A stretch of 64,000 bases of DNA from positions 1 through 64,000 of the forward strand of contig JAZDNO010000029.1 of assembly GCA_043799545.1 (NCBI GenBank), given 5' to 3'. The DNA comes from Methanobacteriota archaeon (GTDB lineage Archaea; Thermoplasmatota; Thermoplasmata; SG8-5; DAIRED01). Within the stretch, counting starts at the first letter, position 1. Every line of letters begins with the position of its first letter. Positions 28,769 through 38,200 of the stretch are shown here, piece after piece. Under the pieces are notes generated by a model, which ran no database searches, had not been told where the DNA came from, and worked only from the letters and a program-made list of their open reading frames with translations. The translations under genes were made by a program, and so were the position numbers.

Positions 28769-30766
28769 ATGTTCTGCCCGCTATGCAAATCGCTCCTCAC
28801 GCCTTACGGCAGGGGCAAAGGACAGACGCGGGTCTGCAAGGCCTGCGGCTACTCCGAGGGGGCGAAGGGCAGGGGAGCACCGCCCGCGCCACCGAATCCC
28901 AAGCACGCCGCCTTTCCGCTTTTTCCGTACGAGAGAATCCGCGACGGCCAGTGCGAGTTCATGGAGGACATGCGCGCCGCGGCGGGCGAGGGAAAGGTCA
29001 TGGTCGCCCAGGCCCCGACAGGAATCGGGAAGACCGTCGCCACCCTGGCAGTACTATTGGAGTACTGCTTGGAGAAAAAGAAGAAGCTGCTGTTCCTCAC
29101 GTCCAAGCAGAGCCAGCACACGATGGTCGTCAACACCCTCCGGGAGATTTCCGAAGCCTCGGGGAAGAGAATCCGCGCCGTCGACATCATCGCGAAGCAG
29201 GCGATGTGCCCGGAGAGCGAGTCCTCTTTGCCAGGCTACGCCTTCGCGGCATTTTGCTTCATGCGCATCAAATCGAAATCCTGCCCGTTCTACGAGGCGG
29301 ACGGCGAGGCCGCTGGCAAGCTGATTCTCCAGAAAATCATGCACGTTGGGGAACTAAAGCGCTCATGCATGCGGCTCGGCGTATGCCCTTACAAGGCGGC
29401 TCTGGATGCGATTCCTGACGTCGACGTGGTCGTCTGCGACTACAACTACATGTTCGACGTCATGCGCGACAAGATGCTCGATAAGGTCGAGGGCGGCTTG
29501 CAGGGGATGGTGCTCGTCATAGACGAAGCCCACAACCTGCCAGACCGGATAAGGTCGAACCTGAGCCGGGAGCTGAACCATTACGGGATGGCGGAGGCCG
29601 CGAGGGAGGTGGGCACGGGCGCGCAGAGGGGCCAGCGCTACACAGGCTCGCTGAAGCGGGCGCTCAACGGATGGGCGAAGGGCTCGATGGACGAGCCAGA
29701 GGAGTACGTCCAGAAGGAGCGCCTGACCGGCGCGCTGGACAGCGCCCTGTCCGAAACCCTCGGCGAGAGGGACGCGCCGGAGGATTACATCAAGTGGCTT
29801 GTGGACGTGGGCACGAAGACCATGCTGTCCGGAACCGGGGTCTCCCACGCCCTGGAGCTGGCGGAATTCCTGAAGAGCTGGATGGAATCCGGGGAGGCGA
29901 GCGCAAGGATACTCGCGCGCGGCGAGGGCGGCGCGTGGGGACTGAAGCTCTACCACATGGACCCGGCGACGATGGGCGCGCCGGTTTTCGCGGAAATCCA
30001 CTCGGCGGTGCTGATGTCCGGCACTCTGTGCCCTCCGGAGATGTACGCTGACATCCTGGCAATCCCCGAGGGGCGTCGGATGCTGAGGGTCTACGGTTCG
30101 CCGTTCCCGCCGGAGAACAGAAGGGTGCTCGCGCTGAAGGGGGTGAGCAGCGAGTGGACCCGGCGCGGGGAGGCGATGTTCGCCAAGTACGCACAGACTT
30201 TGGCGGAGCTGGCGAAAGCAACGAACGGAAACGTGGCCGTGTTCTTTCCTTCATATAAATACGTCGAGGAGGTTTCGAGCCGAATGGCGGGAAAGGCCGA
30301 ACCGCAAAACCTGCTCGTCGAATCGCGCTGGATGACGAAAGGCGACAGGGACGACATCCTCGGAAGGCTGAGGGCGCGCGACGGGCCGAAGCTCCTGATG
30401 GCTGTACAGGGCGGAAGCCTGGGCGAGGGCATAGACTACGAGAAGAACCTGCTGTCGGTCCTCGTCGTCGCGGGGATGCCGCTGGCGCCACCGAACAAGG
30501 AGGTGCTCGCCCTGAGGGCGCACTGCGTCAAGCGGTTCGGGCGCGAGAAGGGCGAGATTTACGGCTACTACGGCCCGGCGTTCAACAAGGTCGTCCAGAG
30601 CGCTGGCAGACTGATACGCAGCGAGACTGACAGGGGCGTCGTCATATTGATGGACGAGCGCTTCGCGCAGCAAAGGTACGCGGCGTTCCTGCCGCCCGAG
30701 TTCCGGCCGAAGGTCTTCGACAGGCCCATGCAGATGGTCGATGAGGTCCGGGAATTTTTCGGGTGA
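28769..30766 (+). CDS. xpd: XPD/Rad3/DinG-family FeS helicase with N-terminal zinc ribbon
   Basis: APTGIGKT, DEAHNL, SGTL, GSLGEGIDY, QSAGRLIRS; FeS cysteines; N-terminal MFCPLCKSLL...CKAC. Confidence 0.85.
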   Translation: MFCPLCKSLLTPYGRGKGQTRVCKACGYSEGAKGRGAPPAPPNPKHAAFPLFPYERIRDGQCEFMEDMRAAAGEGKVMVAQAPTGIGKTVATLAVLLEYCLEKKKKLLFLTSKQSQHTMVVNTLREISEASGKRIRAVDIIAKQAMCPESESSLPGYAFAAFCFMRIKSKSCPFYEADGEAAGKLILQKIMHVGELKRSCMRLGVCPYKAALDAIPDVDVVVCDYNYMFDVMRDKMLDKVEGGLQGMVLVIDEAHNLPDRIRSNLSRELNHYGMAEAAREVGTGAQRGQRYTGSLKRALNGWAKGSMDEPEEYVQKERLTGALDSALSETLGERDAPEDYIKWLVDVGTKTMLSGTGVSHALELAEFLKSWMESGEASARILARGEGGAWGLKLYHMDPATMGAPVFAEIHSAVLMSGTLCPPEMYADILAIPEGRRMLRVYGSPFPPENRRVLALKGVSSEWTRRGEAMFAKYAQTLAELAKATNGNVAVFFPSYKYVEEVSSRMAGKAEPQNLLVESRWMTKGDRDDILGRLRARDGPKLLMAVQGGSLGEGIDYEKNLLSVLVVAGMPLAPPNKEVLALRAHCVKRFGREKGEIYGYYGPAFNKVVQSAGRLIRSETDRGVVILMDERFAQQRYAAFLPPEFRPKVFDRPMQMVDEVREFFG

Positions 30767-30894
30767 GCCGCTCTTTGGGCAGCGCCACAAATGAGTATAT
30801 ATTTGGAGCATCTAGCAATTAAAGTAGTTTTTTTCTCTTATTTTGCTGTGCAATACAATATGCGATATTGTAGTATAAAAGGTGCGGTCGGTGT

Positions 30895-31308
30895 TTATTC
30901 GACAAGTCTCTGAATGAAATCCTTCGGAGTAATTATCTCTATGCCTCTCACTCTTTTCAAGGTAAGCAGATGTTTATCGCCAGTCACTATGTAACCAGCC
31001 TTGCCCGCAATGGCCGCTTCTATGACCTTGTTGTCATCGGGATCGTCTTTGACCAAATTCACTTTGGATTTCGGGTGGACCACCTCTGAAATCTTGATAG
31101 TCATGGCTAGGATTTCTTTGATCTGCTCTTGTGAGTAAGGAAATTTTGGCCTAGACAGGACTTCCTCGAACTCGAACAATATTTCCGGGGAAATGACCAA
31201 CCTCACCTTTTCCCTGTAGACCGCCCGGAGGGCCATGTACGGAGGCCCCTGTCCGTTCAACGCCGAAACCAGAACGTTCGTGTCGTAGATTGCCCGTATA
31301 TCGGCCAT
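30895..31308 (-). CDS. vapC: PIN-domain toxin (VapC-like)
   Basis: YDTNVLVSA, DPDDNKVIEAA, IVTGDKHLL. Confidence 0.9.
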   Translation of the reverse strand: MADIRAIYDTNVLVSALNGQGPPYMALRAVYREKVRLVISPEILFEFEEVLSRPKFPYSQEQIKEILAMTIKISEVVHPKSKVNLVKDDPDDNKVIEAAIAGKAGYIVTGDKHLLTLKRVRGIEIITPKDFIQRLVE

Positions 31309-31309
31309 G

Positions 31310-31576
31310 TCACGCGGCCTGCCTCTTTTTCCGGTATTCCCGTATCTCCTCCATGACTACTTCCTCGGTTATTCCGGCCTCTTTCGCCAGCTTGGAAGTC
31401 GCCTTCACCAGCTTGTCGAATTCCTTTTCCACGGAAGGGAAATCCACTCTCTTGAAAATAACGTAGTCCTTCTCACCGTACGCGATGAACCTGTCCTCCG
31501 CATTCAGTCCCAGGAGCGCCCTCAGCTCCGCAGGAATCACAACCTGGCCTTTCTTGGACATCTTCACGAATTCCAT
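31310..31576 (-). CDS. AbrB/MazE/SpoVT-family antitoxin
   Basis: KMSKKGQVVIPAELR; immediately upstream of the PIN gene. Start at ATG 31576 or GTG 31585. Confidence 0.85.
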   Translation of the reverse strand: MEFVKMSKKGQVVIPAELRALLGLNAEDRFIAYGEKDYVIFKRVDFPSVEKEFDKLVKATSKLAKEAGITEEVVMEEIREYRKKRQAA

Positions 31577-31818
31577 CTGTATCACCGTTGAACAGTTATA
31601 CGGTTCAACACTTAAATAACTTCCCACTAACGCCCTTGGGACTTGCAAAACATCTTTACGACCATAGCCAGCACCCAGGAAAACCGCAAATGGCATCTTC
31701 GCTGCGATTCCCAACGCAAAGCTGCCTATTTGGGGTTTTCAGCCCTCGGGCCACCGCATCTATTTCACCCTTGCTCCCAACAAGCCCGCCACAGCTTCCA
31801 ACCGACCTCTAGGACTTC

Positions 31819-31855
31819 GCCATTTTCTCTCCGCATTAGCTGGTGAGAAAATGGC
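31819..31855. repeat. 11-bp perfect inverted repeat (gccattttctc / gagaaaatggc)
   Basis: Arms at 31819-31829 and 31845-31855, 15-nt loop; between the TA pair and the small ORF at 31868. Confidence 0.7.
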
Positions 31856-31867
31856 ATCGTCCACCTC

Positions 31868-32050
31868 ATGCAACTGCCAGAGGTTGCCAAGGAAATATCT
31901 GGAGAGTTCGAGCACCCCTTAGACCAAGTGCTTAGGAGCCTGTCTTTCGGTCTTTGCCCAATCACGGGGTTCGTAATCTGCCACTATCCAGACGATTGCC
32001 CGGGCTGCATAGATATCACAGACGAGATGCTGAGGAGCGTGCTGCAATGA
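31868..32050 (+). CDS. Small Cys-rich hypothetical protein
   Basis: CPITGFVICHYPDDCPGC; its stop overlaps the next ATG (ATGA at 32047). Confidence 0.45.
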   Translation: MQLPEVAKEISGEFEHPLDQVLRSLSFGLCPITGFVICHYPDDCPGCIDITDEMLRSVLQ

Positions 32051-32426
32051 GGAAAATCATAGACCACAGGGGATACAAAATGCGCGGAATCCTCTACCTC
32101 CCGCAAGACCTCAACCGCCTGAAATGCACAACACCGAAACGCTGGACCACTGGATTGCGAAAGCCCTAGTCTTTCGCATCCTACGGAGGCTGGGGCATGA
32201 CCTCGTAACAGAGTTCGAAATCACCGGCATGGGCATCGGGGACATATTCGATCTGACAAAATCGGTCCAGTACGAAATAGAAACCGTCAGTTACCTAAAA
32301 GCTGTCCAGCGAAGGGGCGAGCAATACGCCAGGATGGGCGTCGAGGTCATCGTGATACCGATGGGAAGGCTGCCGGAGGACATCGTGGAGCGGGAGAAGG
32401 CACTGAGGGAGTGGATGTGGGAGTAA
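32047..32426 (+). pseudogene. Frameshifted putative PD-(D/E)xK-like protein
   Basis: MRKIIDHRGYKMRGILYLPQDLNRLK continues in another frame as MHNTETLDHWIAK...GDIFDL...YEIET; restoring one A at 32122-32124 joins them. Confidence 0.55.
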
Positions 32427-32431
32427 TTGAA

Positions 32432-32514
32432 GGCATCCCCGACCACGGTTTGTCGGGAAGGCTCACGCTGCCAGCCAGGCTTTTTTGGCGTTTGCGGCGA
32501 CAGGTGTAAGGGTT
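32432..32514. repeat. ~83-bp direct repeat, copy A
   Basis: Core gaccacggtttgtcgggaaggctcacgctgcc matches copy B at 30 of 32 positions; ttttggcgttt and caggt are at identical offsets. Confidence 0.9.
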
Positions 32515-32522
32515 ACGGTTGG

Positions 32523-32960
32523 TCATTTTTCAGCATCTCCCAGATATTGTCCAGTGATGCCTCCCCAGTAGCCATCAAACTTTACTGCTAAATCCATTGG
32601 TTGATCCAGCTCATATCGATTGAAAGTCACTGAAAATTGGTCACCATTAGTAAAAGTACCTCCGCCATCAGTATCTATATAATCCCACACAAAGTCTGTA
32701 TTATTCAGATAAGTACCATTGCATTCAATAATCACATTGAAATTCACAGCGTTTAGATGAACCCTAGCTGGATTTAAATAAATGTATGTGACATTAAAAA
32801 TAATGGTCTTTGAAGTGTTATTTATGCTATATGGCGTCATCGTCCCAGAAATTTCTGGTTGGTCCTCAATGATCCCATCGTAGTAATTTACGGCGAAATA
32901 GACAACTAGAATTGTCACTATAGATACAATCGCCATAATTACACCTGTAATTTTTTTCAT
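32523..32960 (-). CDS. Small protein with N-terminal membrane anchor/signal, downstream partner of the orphan metallopeptidase cassette
   Basis: MKKITGVIMAIVSIVTILVVYFAV; YIDTDGGGTFTNGDQF motif; start overlaps the upstream TAA (TAATG). Confidence 0.7.
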   Translation of the reverse strand: MKKITGVIMAIVSIVTILVVYFAVNYYDGIIEDQPEISGTMTPYSINNTSKTIIFNVTYIYLNPARVHLNAVNFNVIIECNGTYLNNTDFVWDYIDTDGGGTFTNGDQFSVTFNRYELDQPMDLAVKFDGYWGGITGQYLGDAEK

Positions 32961-34486
32961 TATATCACATCCCAATGCATACTTAACGTCACATCCACCG
33001 TCGGAGGTTCAATATTATAAACCTGCGAGAATAGAGCATTGCTAGTAGTGAACCAATATATCCTGGTACTAAAATCGAAATTTACGTCATTGGCGTCTAA
33101 GTTTTCGTCAAGTAACGCTGCAAAGGGGATGTAATTTGGGGAATAGGCAAATTCATCAAACGTAATTATCCCCTTTCGGTCCCCCATTTGCTCAACAAAC
33201 CATTCCCAGCAAGATACCCCCCGTTCATCCCAGTGTGCAGGTTCTGGCCAATAATGATTGTCGAACCATTCATCGTACCACTGATGATAGCTCATATAAG
33301 ATATATCGCTTGTCATAAGCGTGTTCCAATCAACTGAGTAGCCGACATCATGGTAAGGTATCACATTTGGCCATCCTGTTGCATAATACCCATATTCATC
33401 TCCGAATCAGAAAACATAATGGCCTAACTCGTGAACAATTGTTGGTATCATATAACAACTATCAAATGAATATCCATTATACGTCCTAGGTAAACTTACT
33501 TCGCCATCTGGGAATCCCCAGTTAATGCCGTTCCAATATCCGTTTAAGTTTTTAACATGTGGCCAATAAGTGTCACTAGTTTCGTCCGCATCCTGGTCTC
33601 CAACCCTGATATTGACATTGTTCCAATTCTGCATATTATTATAGATTGTGACATCAGAGATATAAGCGTATCCATCTGTGCAGGTCATTAGATAAAGACT
33701 AGCGCCTTTGAACCCATCTTTTATTTGATTAATTTCTGCTATTGTTGCCTCCCAGCCGATGGAAACAGATAATTTAATTTTATAGACATTCGATGAATCC
33801 CGTGGGTTCTTCCAGCCAATTAAATATTCCCATTTGCTCAAGAGACCATCTCCATCATAATCATAATCCGCATCTGATGGGTCAAATATGTTTAGACCAT
33901 ATTTATATTCATACCAATTTTGTATTCCATCTCCATCAGTGTCTATGTGAGCATCATTATGAATCGGGCTCAAGCCATTTTGTATTTCATACGGGTATGG
34001 TATTCCGTCCCCGTCCCCATCGTTCTGCCAAACATCAAACCACACCTCGCAGTCGTCCTCGTCGTCATCTCCGCTCGTCCCCGTGCTCCCGTCCTCGTTC
34101 CCGCTGACGTGCCCGTAGCCGTCGCTGTCCCAGTCCGTCGGGCCGTTCGCCGTCCCGTCCCCGTCCGAATCCCCGGGGAGCATCCAGCCGCCGCCGATTC
34201 CGTCCTCCAGCTCGTCCCCGTCCATCAGGCCGTCGTTGTCCGTGTCCCCGTATCGCGGGTCGGTGCCGCTCTGCTTCTCCATATTGTCGTCCAGGAGGTC
34301 GCCGTCGGAGTTCACCTTCGTCGGGTCCGATGTGGCGGTGTAGGTCACGTCCGCAACGGGCGCGTTGTCTATCTCTACCTGCACCAGCCAGCCGGAGACT
34401 TCCTCGCCGTCGGAGAGGCCGTTGAACGGAGGATACACCAGGACTAATTCATCAACCAGGAGTGTCGGTTGTTCCACCGGTGGCAT
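32960..34486 (-). pseudogene. Orphan C-terminal cassette: TSP3-like homology region plus HExxH zinc metallopeptidase (CLCA_N-like), interrupted by an in-frame TGA
   Basis: ORFs 33407..34636 and 32960..33364 share a frame; the junction reads IVHELGHYVF*FGDEY. The 5' part is homologous to the giant gene; no signal peptide or evident RBS. Confidence 0.75.
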
Positions 34487-34564
34487 ACCAGACCAAGGTT
34501 TGCCGGGAAGGCTCACGCTGCCGCATAACGCCTTTTGGCGTTTTCTTCGGCAGGTTCGGGGGTT
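34482..34564. repeat. ~83-bp direct repeat, copy B
   Basis: 2050 bp from copy A. Contains a hairpin, minus strand CTGCCG..AACGCC-AAAA-GGCGTT..CGGCAG; begins right after the stop of the 34566 gene. Confidence 0.9.
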
Positions 34565-34565
34565 T

Positions 34566-35261
34566 CTAAACTGCATCCTTTTTCCTCCGCTTCCGCATGA
34601 AGTATATGGCAATTCCCGCGCCAGTAACAGTAACACTCACAGCGACGCCAATTATTACCAAGAGGGAATCGCCATTAAAGTCTGGTTTCGATGTTCTAAT
34701 TTCATTATTCGTTCTGCCCGGGGTCGGGTTTGCATCCGCATAAAAATCATCCGTCACGTTGTCCGTGTCGTATCCATATTCATATCTCGCCCATGAGTAA
34801 TTCATGGGGGGATAATCATCGCCGTCAAATACATCAATATGCCCTGTCCAATCAGTATTGTCAACAATAAACCGTCCTAGGTATCGAAGATCTAATTGAA
34901 ATATATTTACAGATTGTCCTATTACCCAATCATTCTTCATTACTTCAATATCGGAAGTAAAAATAACATATTTATCCGGCTTAATTATCGCACATGTCTC
35001 ATTTAATGGATATGGGCTAATTGAACCTATACCATCAAAGCTTATAGGATGAAAGTATAAATCCATTAAATTCACTGATTTCGCTGTAGGATTATATAAT
35101 TCCACAAATGAACATTTATCCTCCATACCAGTTATGGAGTAATATATTTCATTTATCACAATATGTTTCGCGGATTGTGGTACTTCTTCAGATAATACTA
35201 TCTGACTACATACATTTATGAGACACACACCCACACAGATTGCTATTATATTTTTTTTCAT
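34566..35261 (-). CDS. Lamin-tail-domain (LTD) protein with signal peptide and C-terminal TM anchor
   Basis: IVINEIYY...FVELYNPT, SWARY...DTDN...PTPG..N; C-terminal hydrophobic helix plus RKRRKK; AGGAGG RBS. Confidence 0.8.
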   Translation of the reverse strand: MKKNIIAICVGVCLINVCSQIVLSEEVPQSAKHIVINEIYYSITGMEDKCSFVELYNPTAKSVNLMDLYFHPISFDGIGSISPYPLNETCAIIKPDKYVIFTSDIEVMKNDWVIGQSVNIFQLDLRYLGRFIVDNTDWTGHIDVFDGDDYPPMNYSWARYEYGYDTDNVTDDFYADANPTPGRTNNEIRTSKPDFNGDSLLVIIGVAVSVTVTGAGIAIYFMRKRRKKDAV

Positions 35262-35272
35262 ATAATCTCCTC

Positions 35273-38200
35273 CTAAAGATATGTGAACATATCTATCGAC
35301 ACAGTATCGAATAAAGGAGAAGCCCGTTGAGGTGTTTGCCACGCAATAGCTGCCGATTCGCCACAAATATATGCCTCATATAGGCTGATAATACCATTAC
35401 CATTAATATCGACTGAAGGATTGCAGCTAATCGCCCCTGTCGTTATATCTCCAGATAATGGAACTAAAGCATTCCGGAAATTATAATTAAAAAACCATTT
35501 AGAATCTGCCACGGTATTTACACCATAAGCATCTTCATCTGAATCTGCTGATGTATACACAATTCTCTTCGGCGACGAGAGTTCATCGATAAAACGACCA
35601 CTTGAACATGTTTCCATCAAGATGACCATCCTTTCATAATTATTTAATTTTCCGACGTATGAACTTCCTGCGAATTCATCTTCATCAATGGTTTCTCCAC
35701 TATCACCACCCCATAATTTAATAACACAATTACCCCATTGATTATCACCTGAGTGCCCGATTACTATCGTAAAAAGAAAGTCATGTGGCCCCATTACGTT
35801 ACTTAACCGAATAAAAGCACCAGTTATAGCTGCACAACTAGAAGGTGCATCAACCATATGTTGATGCTCATTAACTAATATTGCTGCATCGGGTATACCG
35901 TCATTATTATTATCATCGTCTGCTGGCCATTGTGAATTATAGCAATTTGATGTACTAATGGCGCTCCCATCTGCATAAAATACCTCGATATCCCTTTTCT
36001 GATAACTGTAATCCTCAATTAATAGGTCATACCATCTGACAATGTCATTCCATATGTTCGCATAATTATATGCTGGTCCTGTGTTTGCCCCTATTATCAA
36101 TGCATATCTTCCATTATAAATTGCAGGATCCTGCCAGCCCAAGCCTCCGGCTATGGCATTCACTTCGTATAAATCAGACATTCTATCGCCATCGGAATCC
36201 GCGATGTCTGGCCTAGTGCCATAGATTCTTTCACTGTTTCCGTCTAATCCATCTCCATCAATGTCGATATTGGTAAATTCTATTGGATTAGTATTGTATG
36301 CTGGTTGACCTGGTTGTCGTTCTTTGACTTCCTCCCAATAAGTTAACCCATCATCATCGTTATCATTCTGTTTAATGTCAAACCATAAATCGCAATCATC
36401 CTCGTCATACGTTGTACCCCAACTCCCGTCTTCATCGCCGCTGACGTGCCCGTACCCGTTGGCGTCCCCGAGAGTATCATCTCCCGACCACTGACCGGTC
36501 TTCAAATCGTACCACATGCTCGCGTATGGCCACGCGCCCCCGACATCGCAAACGTCGTCGCCATCCGGCGGTGAGTGCCCCTGGTCGTCGTCGTAGAGAA
36601 CGATTATGACCTCAATTGGATTGTTCGTGACCCAGTCCGACAATCCGCTAGACGGGAACGTAAATCTGCTCCCTATCTCGTTCGGGGTCTTGTGTGCGTC
36701 GTCGTCCCAATTCGTCACACCGTCCGCGTTCTTCCAGTTCGCGCCATTCGGGTCCTTCGTGTTGTCCCGCCCGTCGTCTTTATTCTGCCCGTACATCATT
36801 TCATCGATGAACACTTTAAGATAGAAATCTCCAGCATACGAGCCGTCCGGGTCCACCTTGTCCAGCGCCAGTATCTCCGTTATCTTCACTGTTAACTCAA
36901 GGTCCGTGATCGGGTCTACGTCGTACCCGTCCGGCGCCCCGTCCAGGTCCATGTCATGGTTCAGCGGGTCGGTCTCGCCCTCCGCCAGGTCCACGACTAT
37001 GTCCCCATCCGGGTTCTCGCCCCTGTACGTCTCGGGACTGCAATGCTTCGCCACCTTCACGGAGCCGATATAGAATACCGTTCCCGTCGAGCTGTAAACA
37101 GGCACCGTCCTCACGACCTCCGGGAGCGTCACAGGACCGCCGTCCCAGAACCCGTCGCTGTCCGTGTCAGGGGTGAGCCATGACGTTCCCTGCACGCCGA
37201 CCAATCCAGGCCGGTAGTCGGTGGTCCATTCGTAGATGTTAGTCAGGCCGTCCCGGTCATAATCTTTGTCGTAATCTGCGGCGGGGAACGGCACGACCGC
37301 GTCTCCGTTCTCTCCCCTAATCACGAACCTCTCCTTGTCCGAAAGGCCGTCGCCGTAGCTGTCCCAGTCCGTCGGGCCGTTCTTCACGCCGTCCGCGTCG
37401 TTGTCGAGCCCCTTCACCATCCACCCGCCGCCGAACGCGTCTATCAGCTCGTCCCCGTCAGCCAGGCCGTCCCCGTCCGAGTCCGCGTTTCCAGGGTCCG
37501 TCTTGTATTGATACTCCCAGTAATCGTTTAAGGCGTCGGTATCAGTATTTTTCCTCAACGGGTCCGACCTGATATGGTATGTATTGTCGATTCCGAGTTT
37601 GTTGTTGAACTCGATTGAGACGTTCCAACCTTTGACTTCGAAGCCGTCCATCAGACCATCCCTGTCACTGTCCGCTATCAGGACACCGGTACCGTACCTC
37701 GCCTCGTCGCAGTCAAGTAGACCATCCCCGTCATCGTCGGCGTCGGCGTTGTTCCCGGTTCCGTCCCCGTCAGTGTCTAGCCATTCCGTCGAGTCGAGGG
37801 GGAATGCGTCCGAGGTATCGAAATGACCGTCGTTGTCGTCGTCGTGATCGGCAGTCAGAACGGTTCCCGAGAACCACGAGGGCTTGGAAAACGCAACGTC
37901 CGGCTTGTTATCGCCATCGGTATCGATGGCTCCGGTGGGGTTCAATCGCCATTCCAGTTTCTCCTGAATGTCAAGCACCCCGTCATTGTCGTCGTCCAAA
38001 TCTAAGACGAGCATTGGGGGTGAAGGCTTGTACCAATTAGAGAATGGCTCGACATAGACCTCGTCTGGTTGACCGTCCCCATCAGTGTCTGCCCATGCCC
38101 GGGGGTTGCGCGAAAATGCGTCCGCGTCATCCAAAACCCCATCATTATCGTCATCCTGGTCTTCATTATCTCCTAACGGAGTTATCCCGTCAGGCTTGAA

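Noticed and set aside
33407-33409. Selenocysteine or genome-wide TGA recoding
   Set aside because: The position corresponds to a Gly in the motif, not Cys; many genes here end in TGA; the SelB-like gene lacks a P-loop.
32432-34564. Canonical integron attC sites
   Set aside because: Position after stop codons is similar, but I could not find RYYYAAC/GTTRRRY core sites and there is no integron integrase in the window.
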